From: Thermodesulfobacteriota bacterium
GTDB lineage: Bacteria > Desulfobacterota > Desulfarculia > JACQYL01
Direction: 5' to 3'
Assembly (NCBI GenBank): GCA_963675595.2
Contig: CAXXLZ010000001.1
Span: 1,632,001 to 1,696,000 of the forward strand
DNA length: 64,000 nt
The notes under the pieces are model-generated. The model was not told the origin of the DNA. It did not search any database and saw nothing but the letters and a program-made list of their open reading frames with translations. The translations under genes and the position numbers were made by a program. Of the stretch, positions 18,663 through 27,819 are shown piece by piece; position 1 is the first letter of the stretch, and each line of letters begins with the position of its first letter.

Positions 18663-20207
18663 ATGAGAATACAAAGCCGATTCTTTTCTTTAGATTTCTT
18701 CGTAATCATGATTGCGTGCTTTCTGTCTTGCCTACTGTGGACTTATACCGTATCGGCGATGATGGGCGACCGAGAGATCACCGATATCGCGGTCAAACAC
18801 GCCGTGAACCATGAACTACTTGTTGATCCGGTGGCTGTTTTCGATGGTGTCGATGTGGAAGTTGCCGACGGAATCGTGGAACTGTCGGGAACCGTCGACA
18901 ACATTCTCTCCAAGGATCGGGCGAGACGCATCGCCGAAGCGGTGAAGGGAGTCCGGTCCGTAGTCAATCTAGTAAGCGTCGTTCCCTCGGTATCAAGGTC
19001 GGACTCGGTCATCCAAGAAGAGGTGAAGGATGCGCTGAGAGATGATCCCGCCACCGACTCCTTCGAAATCATTGTCATGGTCGACCACAACGAAGTGACG
19101 CTCTTGGGAGACGTGGATTCATGGCAGGAACGTCTTCTCGCGGAACGAACGGCGAAACGGGTCAAAGAAGTCAAGAAAGTCGACAACCAGATCAAGGTGA
19201 CTTACGGAGAGGAACGCGACGACGGTGAAATCAAGACCGAAATCGAGCAAGCCCTTAGATGGCATGTCCTCGTTGACGACGCCTTGATCGATGTGAACGT
19301 GGAGAAAGGCGACGTGAGACTTTCGGGGGTCGTGGGAAGTGCCGCCGAAAAGCGGATCGCAACCGCTCATTCTTGGGTCGCGGGCGTCAAGTCCGTAAAC
19401 AACGATGATATGCGCGTTGAAAGATGGGCCAGAGATGAAGATCTTCGGAAAAATAAGTTCGTGCTCAAAACCGATCAACAGATCGCGCAGGCCGTAGAAG
19501 ACGCCTTCCTGTATGATCCGAGGGTCTACTCATTTGACGTAGGTGTTTCCGTGTCCAACGGGGTGGTCACACTTACCGGCGTGGTCGATAATCTCAAAGC
19601 CAAACGAGCGGCGGCTCGGGACGCCCGAAACACCGTGGGCGTGTTCAGGGTCCGAAATCAGATGAAGGTACGACCTGAAACCGCAATCAGCGACCGAAAA
19701 CTCGCGCGTAAGGTGAGGACGGCCCTTCTGCGTAATCCTTTCACGGAATCCTACGAAATCCGGCGGGTGGTCGTTCGGAATGGTGTGGTGGACCTTTACG
19801 GCTCCGTCGATACGTCTTTTGAAAAAGCCGAGGCCGAAGACGTCGCGGCTCGGGTGAACGGCGTGGTTCGTGTGGACAACAACCTTGTTTCCGCCGAATA
19901 CGCCGCCCCACTCCTGTACGACCCGTATGTGGACGATTTCTATCCTTACGATTACCGATGGTCCGGGCCGACCCTCGCTTATCCTCTGGAAAACGATCGG
20001 GAGATCAAAGCGGATATCGAGGACGAACTGTGGTGGAGTCCTTTCGTGGATTCCGATGATGTGAAGGTTTCCGTTGACGAGGGTCGAGCGATACTTACCG
20101 GAGCGGTGGACTCTTGGTCGGAATACCACGCAGCCTCGGAGAATGCGCTGGAGGGTGGAGCCGTTTGGGTCACCAATAACCTCGTCGTAAAGTCAAATCC
20201 GGGATGA
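18663..20207 (+). CDS. Periplasmic multi-BON (OsmY-like) protein, about six BON domains
   Basis: N-terminal hydrophobic leader; repeated V.V..G.V.L.G.VD...A...A..V.GV..V.N.L pattern. Confidence 0.88.
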   Translation: MRIQSRFFSLDFFVIMIACFLSCLLWTYTVSAMMGDREITDIAVKHAVNHELLVDPVAVFDGVDVEVADGIVELSGTVDNILSKDRARRIAEAVKGVRSVVNLVSVVPSVSRSDSVIQEEVKDALRDDPATDSFEIIVMVDHNEVTLLGDVDSWQERLLAERTAKRVKEVKKVDNQIKVTYGEERDDGEIKTEIEQALRWHVLVDDALIDVNVEKGDVRLSGVVGSAAEKRIATAHSWVAGVKSVNNDDMRVERWARDEDLRKNKFVLKTDQQIAQAVEDAFLYDPRVYSFDVGVSVSNGVVTLTGVVDNLKAKRAAARDARNTVGVFRVRNQMKVRPETAISDRKLARKVRTALLRNPFTESYEIRRVVVRNGVVDLYGSVDTSFEKAEAEDVAARVNGVVRVDNNLVSAEYAAPLLYDPYVDDFYPYDYRWSGPTLAYPLENDREIKADIEDELWWSPFVDSDDVKVSVDEGRAILTGAVDSWSEYHAASENALEGGAVWVTNNLVVKSNPG

Positions 20208-20742
20208 TCAGGATTGAGCAGGACATGGGCACTTTGGGCACTTCCAACCGCATCGAAAATCGGCTTGTCGGCATCGTCCTTTCATACCGTGACCGACAAG
20301 TTGTTTCGGCTGATTCGCTGTGGCTCTCCAACGCTCCCGTTAGGAGGAAAGAATTCGAACTTGTCGTTTCGTCGTTCGCGGGTCCTCGCCCTTGGTGCGC
20401 GGCTGAAACGCCTTGGGGGTGAAACCGTGGATGCCTCACTCAACTCGTGCTCCACTTTCCATATAGTCCTCCTACTTGAACATCGGGCATCTATAGATGT
20501 GCCTCGCTTCGCTCAAATTGTAACCTTGCGCTCATCCGGGAGAACATTTCACTTCCGCTCCTCAAGCGATGTTTGATTTCGGTGTTTTTGTCGTCTGGGA
20601 ATATCGTTCAACCGCCCAAGCGCATAATAGCCGAGGCTGCCTCCTAAGATCACGACACGGCTAAATCGTCTATTACGAGCGAGTAATTTTGACAAACACA
20701 CTGAAAACCTCATTGAAGTATCGGTAACTAACAGGATATACT

Positions 20743-21204
20743 ATGGATATGCAGAAAGATGAGCTTGCCAAATTAGGGCATTATCTTTGCAAAGATCATG
20801 AAGATCCATTGGTCGCATTTTTGCATAAGGTAATTCATTTAACTATAAAAATACTTTCTATATTGATGGTTTTAGTTATTGTATGGGGTATAGGGGACGT
20901 TGTTTACGTATTATACGGAAGATTAATCAATCCACCTTTTCTTCTATTGAGAATAAATGATATATTGTCAACATTTGGTTCATTTTTGGCAGTATTGATA
21001 GCCGTTGAAATATTCATAAATATTACGATGTATTTAAAGACAGATGTTATCCCTGTAAGGCTTGTTGTGGCAACCGCATTAATGGCTATAGCGCGTAAGG
21101 TAATCATTTTCGATTTTGAAGAAATTACCGCGTCATTTGTCATCGCAACTTCAACCACAATATTCGCGCTTGGAATTACTTATTATTTAATTTCAAGAAA
21201 ATGA
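20743..21204 (+). CDS. Phosphate-starvation-inducible PsiE family membrane protein
   Basis: Four TM segments; FLAVLIAVEI and VVATALMAIARKVI motifs. The gene is strongly AT-rich. Confidence 0.85.
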   Translation: MDMQKDELAKLGHYLCKDHEDPLVAFLHKVIHLTIKILSILMVLVIVWGIGDVVYVLYGRLINPPFLLLRINDILSTFGSFLAVLIAVEIFINITMYLKTDVIPVRLVVATALMAIARKVIIFDFEEITASFVIATSTTIFALGITYYLISRK

Positions 21205-21546
21205 CCATGTTTTTGTTGAAATAAACATTAAATAAGTGAACTTCGCCGAATAAAGTCAAGGAAATAATTGACCGATCTGGGACACTGAAAAGCAAATTAG
21301 AAGTTAATATATTCTTCGCTCATCTCAATAACCCCGTGAGCAGTTTCCTATTCTGAGTGTCTGATTAGGAAAATGGGGCGTTGACCCCATCCAATTTCTC
21401 TCTGCTCTCGGGTATATTCAATGTGTATCACAATCTCCATTGGTTTCTTCTTTCATTAAGCACCACCCATCCGAAGCGAACCCAATGAATCCTTGTTTCA
21501 GAATCCGCGTGAATGAAAGAAGCGCCTCTTTTCAGGAGCTTTACAG

Positions 21547-23934
21547 ATGACCGAAACCGAGAAATACGTCCGTTGGTTCGAAAGTTTGTCCTCACGGGAC
21601 ACGAAGCTCGTAGGGGGAAAGAATTCCTCCCTGGGAGAGATGATCAGTAATTTGAAGCAAAAAGGAATCGCCGTCCCCGACGGCTTCGCCACCACTGCCG
21701 AAGCCTACGCCCGATTTCTTGAGTCCAATGAGCTGGAGGAACGCATTCGCGATTTGATTCGCTCCTATCGCGAGGGCCGGAAACCTCTGGCAAAGGTGGG
21801 TAGATCCATCCGTAAGCTGTTCATTGATACTCGATTTCCCGATGAGATGAACAAGGCGCTTCGAACCTCCTATCGAGAACTGGGCGAACGGTACGGCGGG
21901 GAGGAGCCGGATGTGGCGGTAAGAAGCAGCGCCACCGCCGAAGACCTCCAGGACGCCAGTTTCGCGGGTCAGCAGGAGACCTTTCTCAATGTGGTCGGTG
22001 AGGAGGAACTGCTGGACGCCTGCAAGAAATGTTTCGCCTCTCTTTTCACCGATCGTGCCATCAGCTACCGGGAAGAGAAAGGATTTGATCACATGCGGGT
22101 GGCGCTTTCCGTGGGGGTGCAGAAGATGGTCCGCTCGGACCGAGCCGGTGCCGGCGTCATGTTCACATTGGATACGGAAACGGGCTTCCCGGACGTGGTG
22201 GTCCTCAACGCGGCTTGGGGTTTGGGTGAAAACGTGGTTCAGGGAAACGTGAACCCGGATCAATACACCGCTTTCAAGCCTCTCCTGGACAAGAATTCCC
22301 TCAGCCCGATTATAGAAAAGCGCCTAGGAAGCAAAGAGAAGAAGATGGTCTACAGCGACGGGGGAAGTCGAACGACAAGAAACATCGACACGCCCAAAGC
22401 GGACCGCCGCAGATTCGTACTTAACGACGATGAGATTCTTTCTCTGTCACGCTGGGCTTCTCTGATCGAAAAGCACTATGGCCGCCCCATGGACATTGAA
22501 TGGGCCAAAGACGGAGAAAACGGCGAGCTGTACATCTTGCAGGCGCGCCCGGAAACGGTCCAGTCGACCAGACAGGGAGCGACTCTGAAGACTTACTCCC
22601 TGAAAGGCAAAGGTAGACGTCTTATCGAAGGATTGAGCATCGGGCGGGCTATTGCCGCCGGCCCCGTAAATCTGATCAAGAGCACGGATCAGATCGATCA
22701 GTTCCAGGATAATGCCATTCTGGTCACCGAAATGACCGACCCGAATTGGGTGCCCATTATGAAGCGGGCCGCGGGTATCATCACCGATTCCGGTGGGCGT
22801 ACCTGCCACGCCGCCATCGTGGGCAGAGAATTGGGAATTCCCGCGGTGGTGGGAACAGGCGATGCAACCGAGGTGTTGAAGGACGGCATGGAAGTCACCC
22901 TATCCTGCGCCGAAGGTGACGAAGGATATGTTTACGAGGGCATTCTCGACTTCGATGAAACGGAAAAAGACCTTGATAATACGCCGTCAACCGAGACCCA
23001 TGTGATGATGAATATCGCAAGCCCGGCTGCGGCGTTTCTTTGGTGGCGGCTTCCGTGCAAAGGAATCGGCTTGGCCAGAATGGAGTTCATCATTAACAAC
23101 GTCATCAAGATTCACCCCATGGCGCTGGTTCGGTACGACGATCTGGACGACCGGGGGGTTCAAAAGGAAATCGATGAATTGACCTTCGGGTGCGAAAATA
23201 AGACCGACTATTTCGTAGAACACTTGGCCCAAGGAATCGCCAAGATCGCCGCCTCTCAATTCCCGGACCCGGTCATTGTCCGTATGAGCGACTTCAAAAC
23301 CAATGAATACGCCAATTTGATCGGCGGCAGCGGTTTCGAACCCGGCGAAGAGAATCCCATGCTGGGTTTTCGAGGTGCTTCGAGATATTACAGCGATCGC
23401 TACAAGGAAGGCTTTCAACTCGAATGCCTGGCCGTCAGGCGCGTTCGTGAGACCATAGGCCTGGACAACGTTTGGGTGATGATTCCTTTTTGCCGCACTC
23501 TCTCGGAAGCGGATCAGGTTTTGGAGACGATGAAGGAATTCGGACTCGAACGAGGACAGAGAGGACTCAAAGTCTATGTGATGTGCGAAATCCCCTCCAA
23601 TGTCCTGCTTGCCGATCGTTTTGCCCGGCGGTTCGACGGTTTTTCCATAGGGAGCAACGACCTGACCCAACTCACCTTGGGCATCGACCGGGACTCGGCG
23701 GAACTGGCCGACTTGTTCGACGAACGTAATGACGCCGTGAAGGAATTGATTCGAATGGTCATAAGGAAGGCCCATCAGGCTGGATGCAAAGTGGGTATAT
23801 GCGGTCAGGCTCCCAGCGACTACCCGGAATTCGCGGAATTCCTGGTTCGTGAGGGCATCGATTCCATCTCTCTCAACCCCGACCGAGTGATGGACACCTT
23901 GGACTTAATCGCCCAAGTGGAGAATAAGGTTTAA
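21547..23934 (+). CDS. ppsA: Phosphoenolpyruvate synthase
   Basis: VGGKNSSLGEM, VRSSATAEDL...SFAGQQET, GGRTCHAAI phospho-His, NPMLGFRG, SIGSNDLTQ. Confidence 0.96.
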   Translation: MTETEKYVRWFESLSSRDTKLVGGKNSSLGEMISNLKQKGIAVPDGFATTAEAYARFLESNELEERIRDLIRSYREGRKPLAKVGRSIRKLFIDTRFPDEMNKALRTSYRELGERYGGEEPDVAVRSSATAEDLQDASFAGQQETFLNVVGEEELLDACKKCFASLFTDRAISYREEKGFDHMRVALSVGVQKMVRSDRAGAGVMFTLDTETGFPDVVVLNAAWGLGENVVQGNVNPDQYTAFKPLLDKNSLSPIIEKRLGSKEKKMVYSDGGSRTTRNIDTPKADRRRFVLNDDEILSLSRWASLIEKHYGRPMDIEWAKDGENGELYILQARPETVQSTRQGATLKTYSLKGKGRRLIEGLSIGRAIAAGPVNLIKSTDQIDQFQDNAILVTEMTDPNWVPIMKRAAGIITDSGGRTCHAAIVGRELGIPAVVGTGDATEVLKDGMEVTLSCAEGDEGYVYEGILDFDETEKDLDNTPSTETHVMMNIASPAAAFLWWRLPCKGIGLARMEFIINNVIKIHPMALVRYDDLDDRGVQKEIDELTFGCENKTDYFVEHLAQGIAKIAASQFPDPVIVRMSDFKTNEYANLIGGSGFEPGEENPMLGFRGASRYYSDRYKEGFQLECLAVRRVRETIGLDNVWVMIPFCRTLSEADQVLETMKEFGLERGQRGLKVYVMCEIPSNVLLADRFARRFDGFSIGSNDLTQLTLGIDRDSAELADLFDERNDAVKELIRMVIRKAHQAGCKVGICGQAPSDYPEFAEFLVREGIDSISLNPDRVMDTLDLIAQVENKV

Positions 23935-23996
23935 CTTCGGTGCCGGTCGGTTCCGTTATCAAATCCGTAGATGTGACAAGATGGATGGAGGCGAGA

Positions 23997-25244
23997 ATGG
24001 ATCACGAAACCATGCAGATACCCGGAATGGAAGACTACGAGCCGTTGATCGGTGCGGAATCGGCGGATCGAATTTCCGAAAAAGCGGAAAAGTTGAAAGA
24101 CCTCCACGTAGTGAACATCAACTCCACCTATTACGGAGGAGGGGTGGCGGAAATCCTGTCGTCATTGACGTTGCTTTTAGGCAAACTCGGAGTCAAAGCC
24201 GGATGGCGCGTCATTCAGGGATCTCCTGATTTTTTCAGCATTACCAAGAAGATCCACAATGCACTCCAGGGTGGCGCCATCCGCATGAGCGACAAGAAGA
24301 AAGAGATTTATGAATACGTGAATCTTGAAAACGCCTTCCGGAACCACCTGGATCACAACATGGTGGTGATTCACGATCCGCAACCATTGCCCTTGATCAT
24401 GCACTACAAGAAGCACGGTCCCTGGATTTGGAGATGCCATGTTAATTTGGACGGTCCGGACCCGGAACTGTGGGGCTATTTGAAGGGATTCGTCGAACGC
24501 TACGATGCCGTAATCCTGAGCCTAAAAAGATACGCCCAGAAGCTCAACACGCCTCAATTCTTCTTTCCTCCCGGGATCGATCCTTTTTCCATCAAAAACA
24601 GGGATATGAGCGACGAAGACGTGGATGAACGTCTCTCCAAATACAATATTCCCACCGATCTGCCGCTGGTGGTACAGATTTCCCGCTTTGATCGCTGGAA
24701 GGATCCGGAAGGAGTCATCAAAGCCTTCAAAATCGCCCGCAGGGAAGTGGATGCCACTCTGGTTCTGTTGGGCAATGTGGCCACCGACGATCCCGAGGGA
24801 AAAGAGGTCTACGAATCTCTGCTGGATTGTCAGGAGGAACGCATCATCATTTTGAGCGCACAGGATACGGCGCTGGTCAACGCCCTCCAACGAAAGGCGG
24901 CGGTAGTGCTGCAGAAGTCCATCCGGGAGGGTTTCGGGCTCACCGTAACGGAGGCCATGTGGAAAGGCGCGGCGGTCATCGGCGGAAACACGGGCGGCAT
25001 CAGCCGACAGATTCAAGATGGAGAAAACGGGTTCCTGGTATCTTCCATCGAGGAAGCAGCCCGTAGGATCGTCGACCTGATAAAGCACCCGGATTTGAAA
25101 AGGACGCTGGGAGAGAAAGCCGTGGAAACCGTGAGGAACCATTATCTGCTTCCTCTTCACGCCGAACGATACCTCGACATGTTTAGCTCCTTCGAGACCA
25201 TTTTTCGGATCAGCAGCCCCTTGAATCATTCGGGAGAGGCTTGA
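23997..25244 (+). CDS. treT: Trehalose glycosyltransferring synthase (TreT-like GT4)
   Basis: NSTYYGGGVAEIL, IHDPQP, WRCH, SRFDRWKDP, QKSIREGFGLTVTEAMWK. Confidence 0.8.
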   Translation: MDHETMQIPGMEDYEPLIGAESADRISEKAEKLKDLHVVNINSTYYGGGVAEILSSLTLLLGKLGVKAGWRVIQGSPDFFSITKKIHNALQGGAIRMSDKKKEIYEYVNLENAFRNHLDHNMVVIHDPQPLPLIMHYKKHGPWIWRCHVNLDGPDPELWGYLKGFVERYDAVILSLKRYAQKLNTPQFFFPPGIDPFSIKNRDMSDEDVDERLSKYNIPTDLPLVVQISRFDRWKDPEGVIKAFKIARREVDATLVLLGNVATDDPEGKEVYESLLDCQEERIIILSAQDTALVNALQRKAAVVLQKSIREGFGLTVTEAMWKGAAVIGGNTGGISRQIQDGENGFLVSSIEEAARRIVDLIKHPDLKRTLGEKAVETVRNHYLLPLHAERYLDMFSSFETIFRISSPLNHSGEA

Positions 25245-25289
25245 GCCATGTCGTCTCCCCGTTTCGTACGACCTTGAAGAAGGATTATA

Positions 25290-25919
25290 GTGGCAATGGA
25301 CAACGACACGCTGGAAGACTACCGAGGAAAAAGGGACTTTCGCCGCACTCCCGAGCCTGCGGGAGAAGGAATCCAACCATCGCAATCTCCCGTGTTCGTC
25401 GTTCAGAAGCATGACGCGAGCACTCTGCACTATGATTTCCGCCTCGAAATCAACGGCTTTCTCAAGTCATGGGCCGTGCCCAAGGGGCCTTCCACGGACC
25501 CCCGGGAGAAACGCCTGGCCTTGCCCACTGAAGACCACCCCTTGGATTACGCGCATTTTGAGGGAGTCATTCCGGAAGGCGAATACGGAGCCGGAACCGT
25601 AATTGTCTGGGATACGGGAACCTACCGGAACCTGAACCGGAACGAGGACGATGAAACCGTTTCCATGGCCGACGCGGTTCAACAAGGGGAAATCAAAGTT
25701 TGGCTGGAAGGTCGGAAAATCAAGGGGGGATACGCCCTGATCCGGACAGGTAAAGGAAAAAAGGAGCGCTGGTTGCTCGTCAAGATGAAGGATGATCATG
25801 CGGACGCACGGCGCGATCCGGTTTCAACGCAACCCGAATCCGTGCTGAGCGGCCGAAGGATTGAGGAGATCGCCGAAGAAGCGAAGAAACATCGCGATCG
25901 GAAGGAGATTGACGATTAG
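25290..25919 (+). CDS. Stand-alone LigD 3'-phosphoesterase module
   Basis: YRGKRDFRRTPEP, VQKHDASTLHYDFRLE, SWAVPKGPS, EDHPLDY. Confidence 0.92.
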   Translation: MAMDNDTLEDYRGKRDFRRTPEPAGEGIQPSQSPVFVVQKHDASTLHYDFRLEINGFLKSWAVPKGPSTDPREKRLALPTEDHPLDYAHFEGVIPEGEYGAGTVIVWDTGTYRNLNRNEDDETVSMADAVQQGEIKVWLEGRKIKGGYALIRTGKGKKERWLLVKMKDDHADARRDPVSTQPESVLSGRRIEEIAEEAKKHRDRKEIDD

Positions 25920-25981
25920 GCGCCACCGACGGCCCGCCCTAAGGCCTGGCAGCTCGTCCCATCCGGATTAGTGTATTGAGC

Positions 25982-26914
25982 ATGAAAAAGACCCTTATCG
26001 AGATCGAAAACGTATCCGTCGAGATTTCCAAGCCCGACAAGGAGCTGTTTCCCTCCATTCATTTCACCAAACGGGACATGGCGGAGTATTACCTACGCAT
26101 GGCGGACATCATGTTGCCCCATATGAGAGGAAGACCCGTTTCCATGAAGCGGTTTCCCGACGGCATCCACAAAGAAGGATTTTTCCAGAAGACGGTTCCC
26201 GATTATTTTCCCCCATGGATTGAACGGGTCACCCTACCCAAAAAAGAAGCTGGAGCCATCACGCATCTCGTGTGCAATCGTCCGGCAACGCTGGTCTACC
26301 TCGCCGATCAGGCCTGCGTCACTCCGCATGTCTGGCTGAGCACAACGGACCGCATTGAATATCCCGACCGTTTGGTCTTTGATCTGGACCCGCCCAACGA
26401 CGATTTCGAGCCCGTGCGCCAAGGTGCCCGGCATATCGCACGCTTGGCTAGGGAAGTCGGGCTTGTTCCCTACCTCATGACCACCGGTTCCCGAGGGCTC
26501 CATGTAGTCCTCCCCCTGGACCGAATCTCCGGTTTCGACGACGTCCGCACATTTGCCAAATCCATGGCCGAGGTCCTCGCGATGCGGCATCAGGATCTTT
26601 TGACCACGGAACAGCGAAAGGACAAACGCCGAGGCCGGGTCTTCCTGGACTACCTCCGAAACGCCTACGCCCAAACGGTCCCCCCGCCCTACTCCATTCG
26701 AGCCCGGCCGTCCGCTTCCGTCGCAACCCCCATCGAATGGCACGAACTAGCCGACGCGAAGCTGCGATCCACGACCTATCACGTTAAGAATATCTTCCGA
26801 AGACTTGGTCGGAAAGCGGACCCCTGGAAAGACATGAACCAGAGCGCTCGTTCCCTCAAGAAAGCGAAATCGGCATTGCGGGAAGCGGTTTCCGAGCGGG
26901 GAACCACCACTTGA
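25982..26914 (+). CDS. Stand-alone LigD polymerase (AEP primase-polymerase) module
   Basis: RFPDGI, FFQK, DRLVFDLDP, TTGSRGLH, FLDYLRN, PYSIRA. Confidence 0.92.
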   Translation: MKKTLIEIENVSVEISKPDKELFPSIHFTKRDMAEYYLRMADIMLPHMRGRPVSMKRFPDGIHKEGFFQKTVPDYFPPWIERVTLPKKEAGAITHLVCNRPATLVYLADQACVTPHVWLSTTDRIEYPDRLVFDLDPPNDDFEPVRQGARHIARLAREVGLVPYLMTTGSRGLHVVLPLDRISGFDDVRTFAKSMAEVLAMRHQDLLTTEQRKDKRRGRVFLDYLRNAYAQTVPPPYSIRARPSASVATPIEWHELADAKLRSTTYHVKNIFRRLGRKADPWKDMNQSARSLKKAKSALREAVSERGTTT

Positions 26915-26984
26915 TAAACCGTGCGGGATTCCGGGAGGTTTGTCGGGTCGTGGAATCGATGTTTCAGACCTATTCGACTAGTGA

Positions 26985-27689
26985 TCAGCGTTCCATTTCC
27001 ACGACCGCTTTCAGGGGCAAATGATCCGACGCGGACCGCGCCTCCTCGGAACGGAAGGCCTCTACCCGAAGCAAAGCGGAGACCGGACGAACGAAGATCC
27101 GATCCAATGAAAACAAAGGCTTTCGGGCCGGAAAGGTCCTGGGTGAAGGCGAATCGCCGAACCAGGACTCAAGACGGCGGCGTACCGATCGAAAGGGAAA
27201 ACATTCATTGAGATCGCCCACCAAGACCACGAACTCTTTGGAGCCGCTCTCCAAAATACGCATCAGCTTCCGAACTTGAATCCTTCTTTCGCCGGGTCGT
27301 AGACCAAGGTGAGTCACCAGAACCCGGACATGCCGTCCCTTCACCTCCAGGCCCGCATCAATGACGCCTCTGGGCTCGTAGGGGATCACGGTGATGTCTT
27401 CTCGTCGAATTTCCAGTACCCGATGACGTGTGAGCAGAACGTTTCCGAAGAGGCCGGAATCCTTGAGCAACGTCGGTCCCGGTATCACTCGATTTCCCAT
27501 GATTATCCTTGGAAAAGCGTTTCTGAAGCCATTACGTCGGCTTCCGGAAAAAGCCACTTCCTGGAGACCGACGACGTCGGCTTTCATGGACTCGATCACA
27601 CCCGCCACGCGACTTTCATCAAAAAGGCCGTCGGTTCCCACACAGGAATGAACATTGTACGTGACCACGCTGAAGCAGGACAAATTCAT
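26985..27689 (-). CDS. Endonuclease/exonuclease/phosphatase family protein (YbhP-like)
   Basis: TYNVH, LQEV, THLGL, GDLNE, LDRIF, SDHLP. Start position uncertain. Confidence 0.88.
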   Translation of the reverse strand: MNLSCFSVVTYNVHSCVGTDGLFDESRVAGVIESMKADVVGLQEVAFSGSRRNGFRNAFPRIIMGNRVIPGPTLLKDSGLFGNVLLTRHRVLEIRREDITVIPYEPRGVIDAGLEVKGRHVRVLVTHLGLRPGERRIQVRKLMRILESGSKEFVVLVGDLNECFPFRSVRRRLESWFGDSPSPRTFPARKPLFSLDRIFVRPVSALLRVEAFRSEEARSASDHLPLKAVVEMER

Positions 27690-27819
27690 CCACCCCGTCC
27701 GCCGTAGCGACTTCAATAAGTTCCGATGTCCAATCACTCCGCCGCCGGCAGCACCGCATCGAGTCGCTTTCGCCCGGTTTGTCCAGGTTCGGCACAAGGC
27801 CATCGGGTATCGAGGGCTG

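Noticed and set aside
20170-20576. Short ORFs after the BON gene, including a strong GGAGG RBS before MESGARVE-TGA on the minus strand
   Set aside because: Read-through gives no recognisable protein and I see no selenoprotein context; at most a gene remnant.
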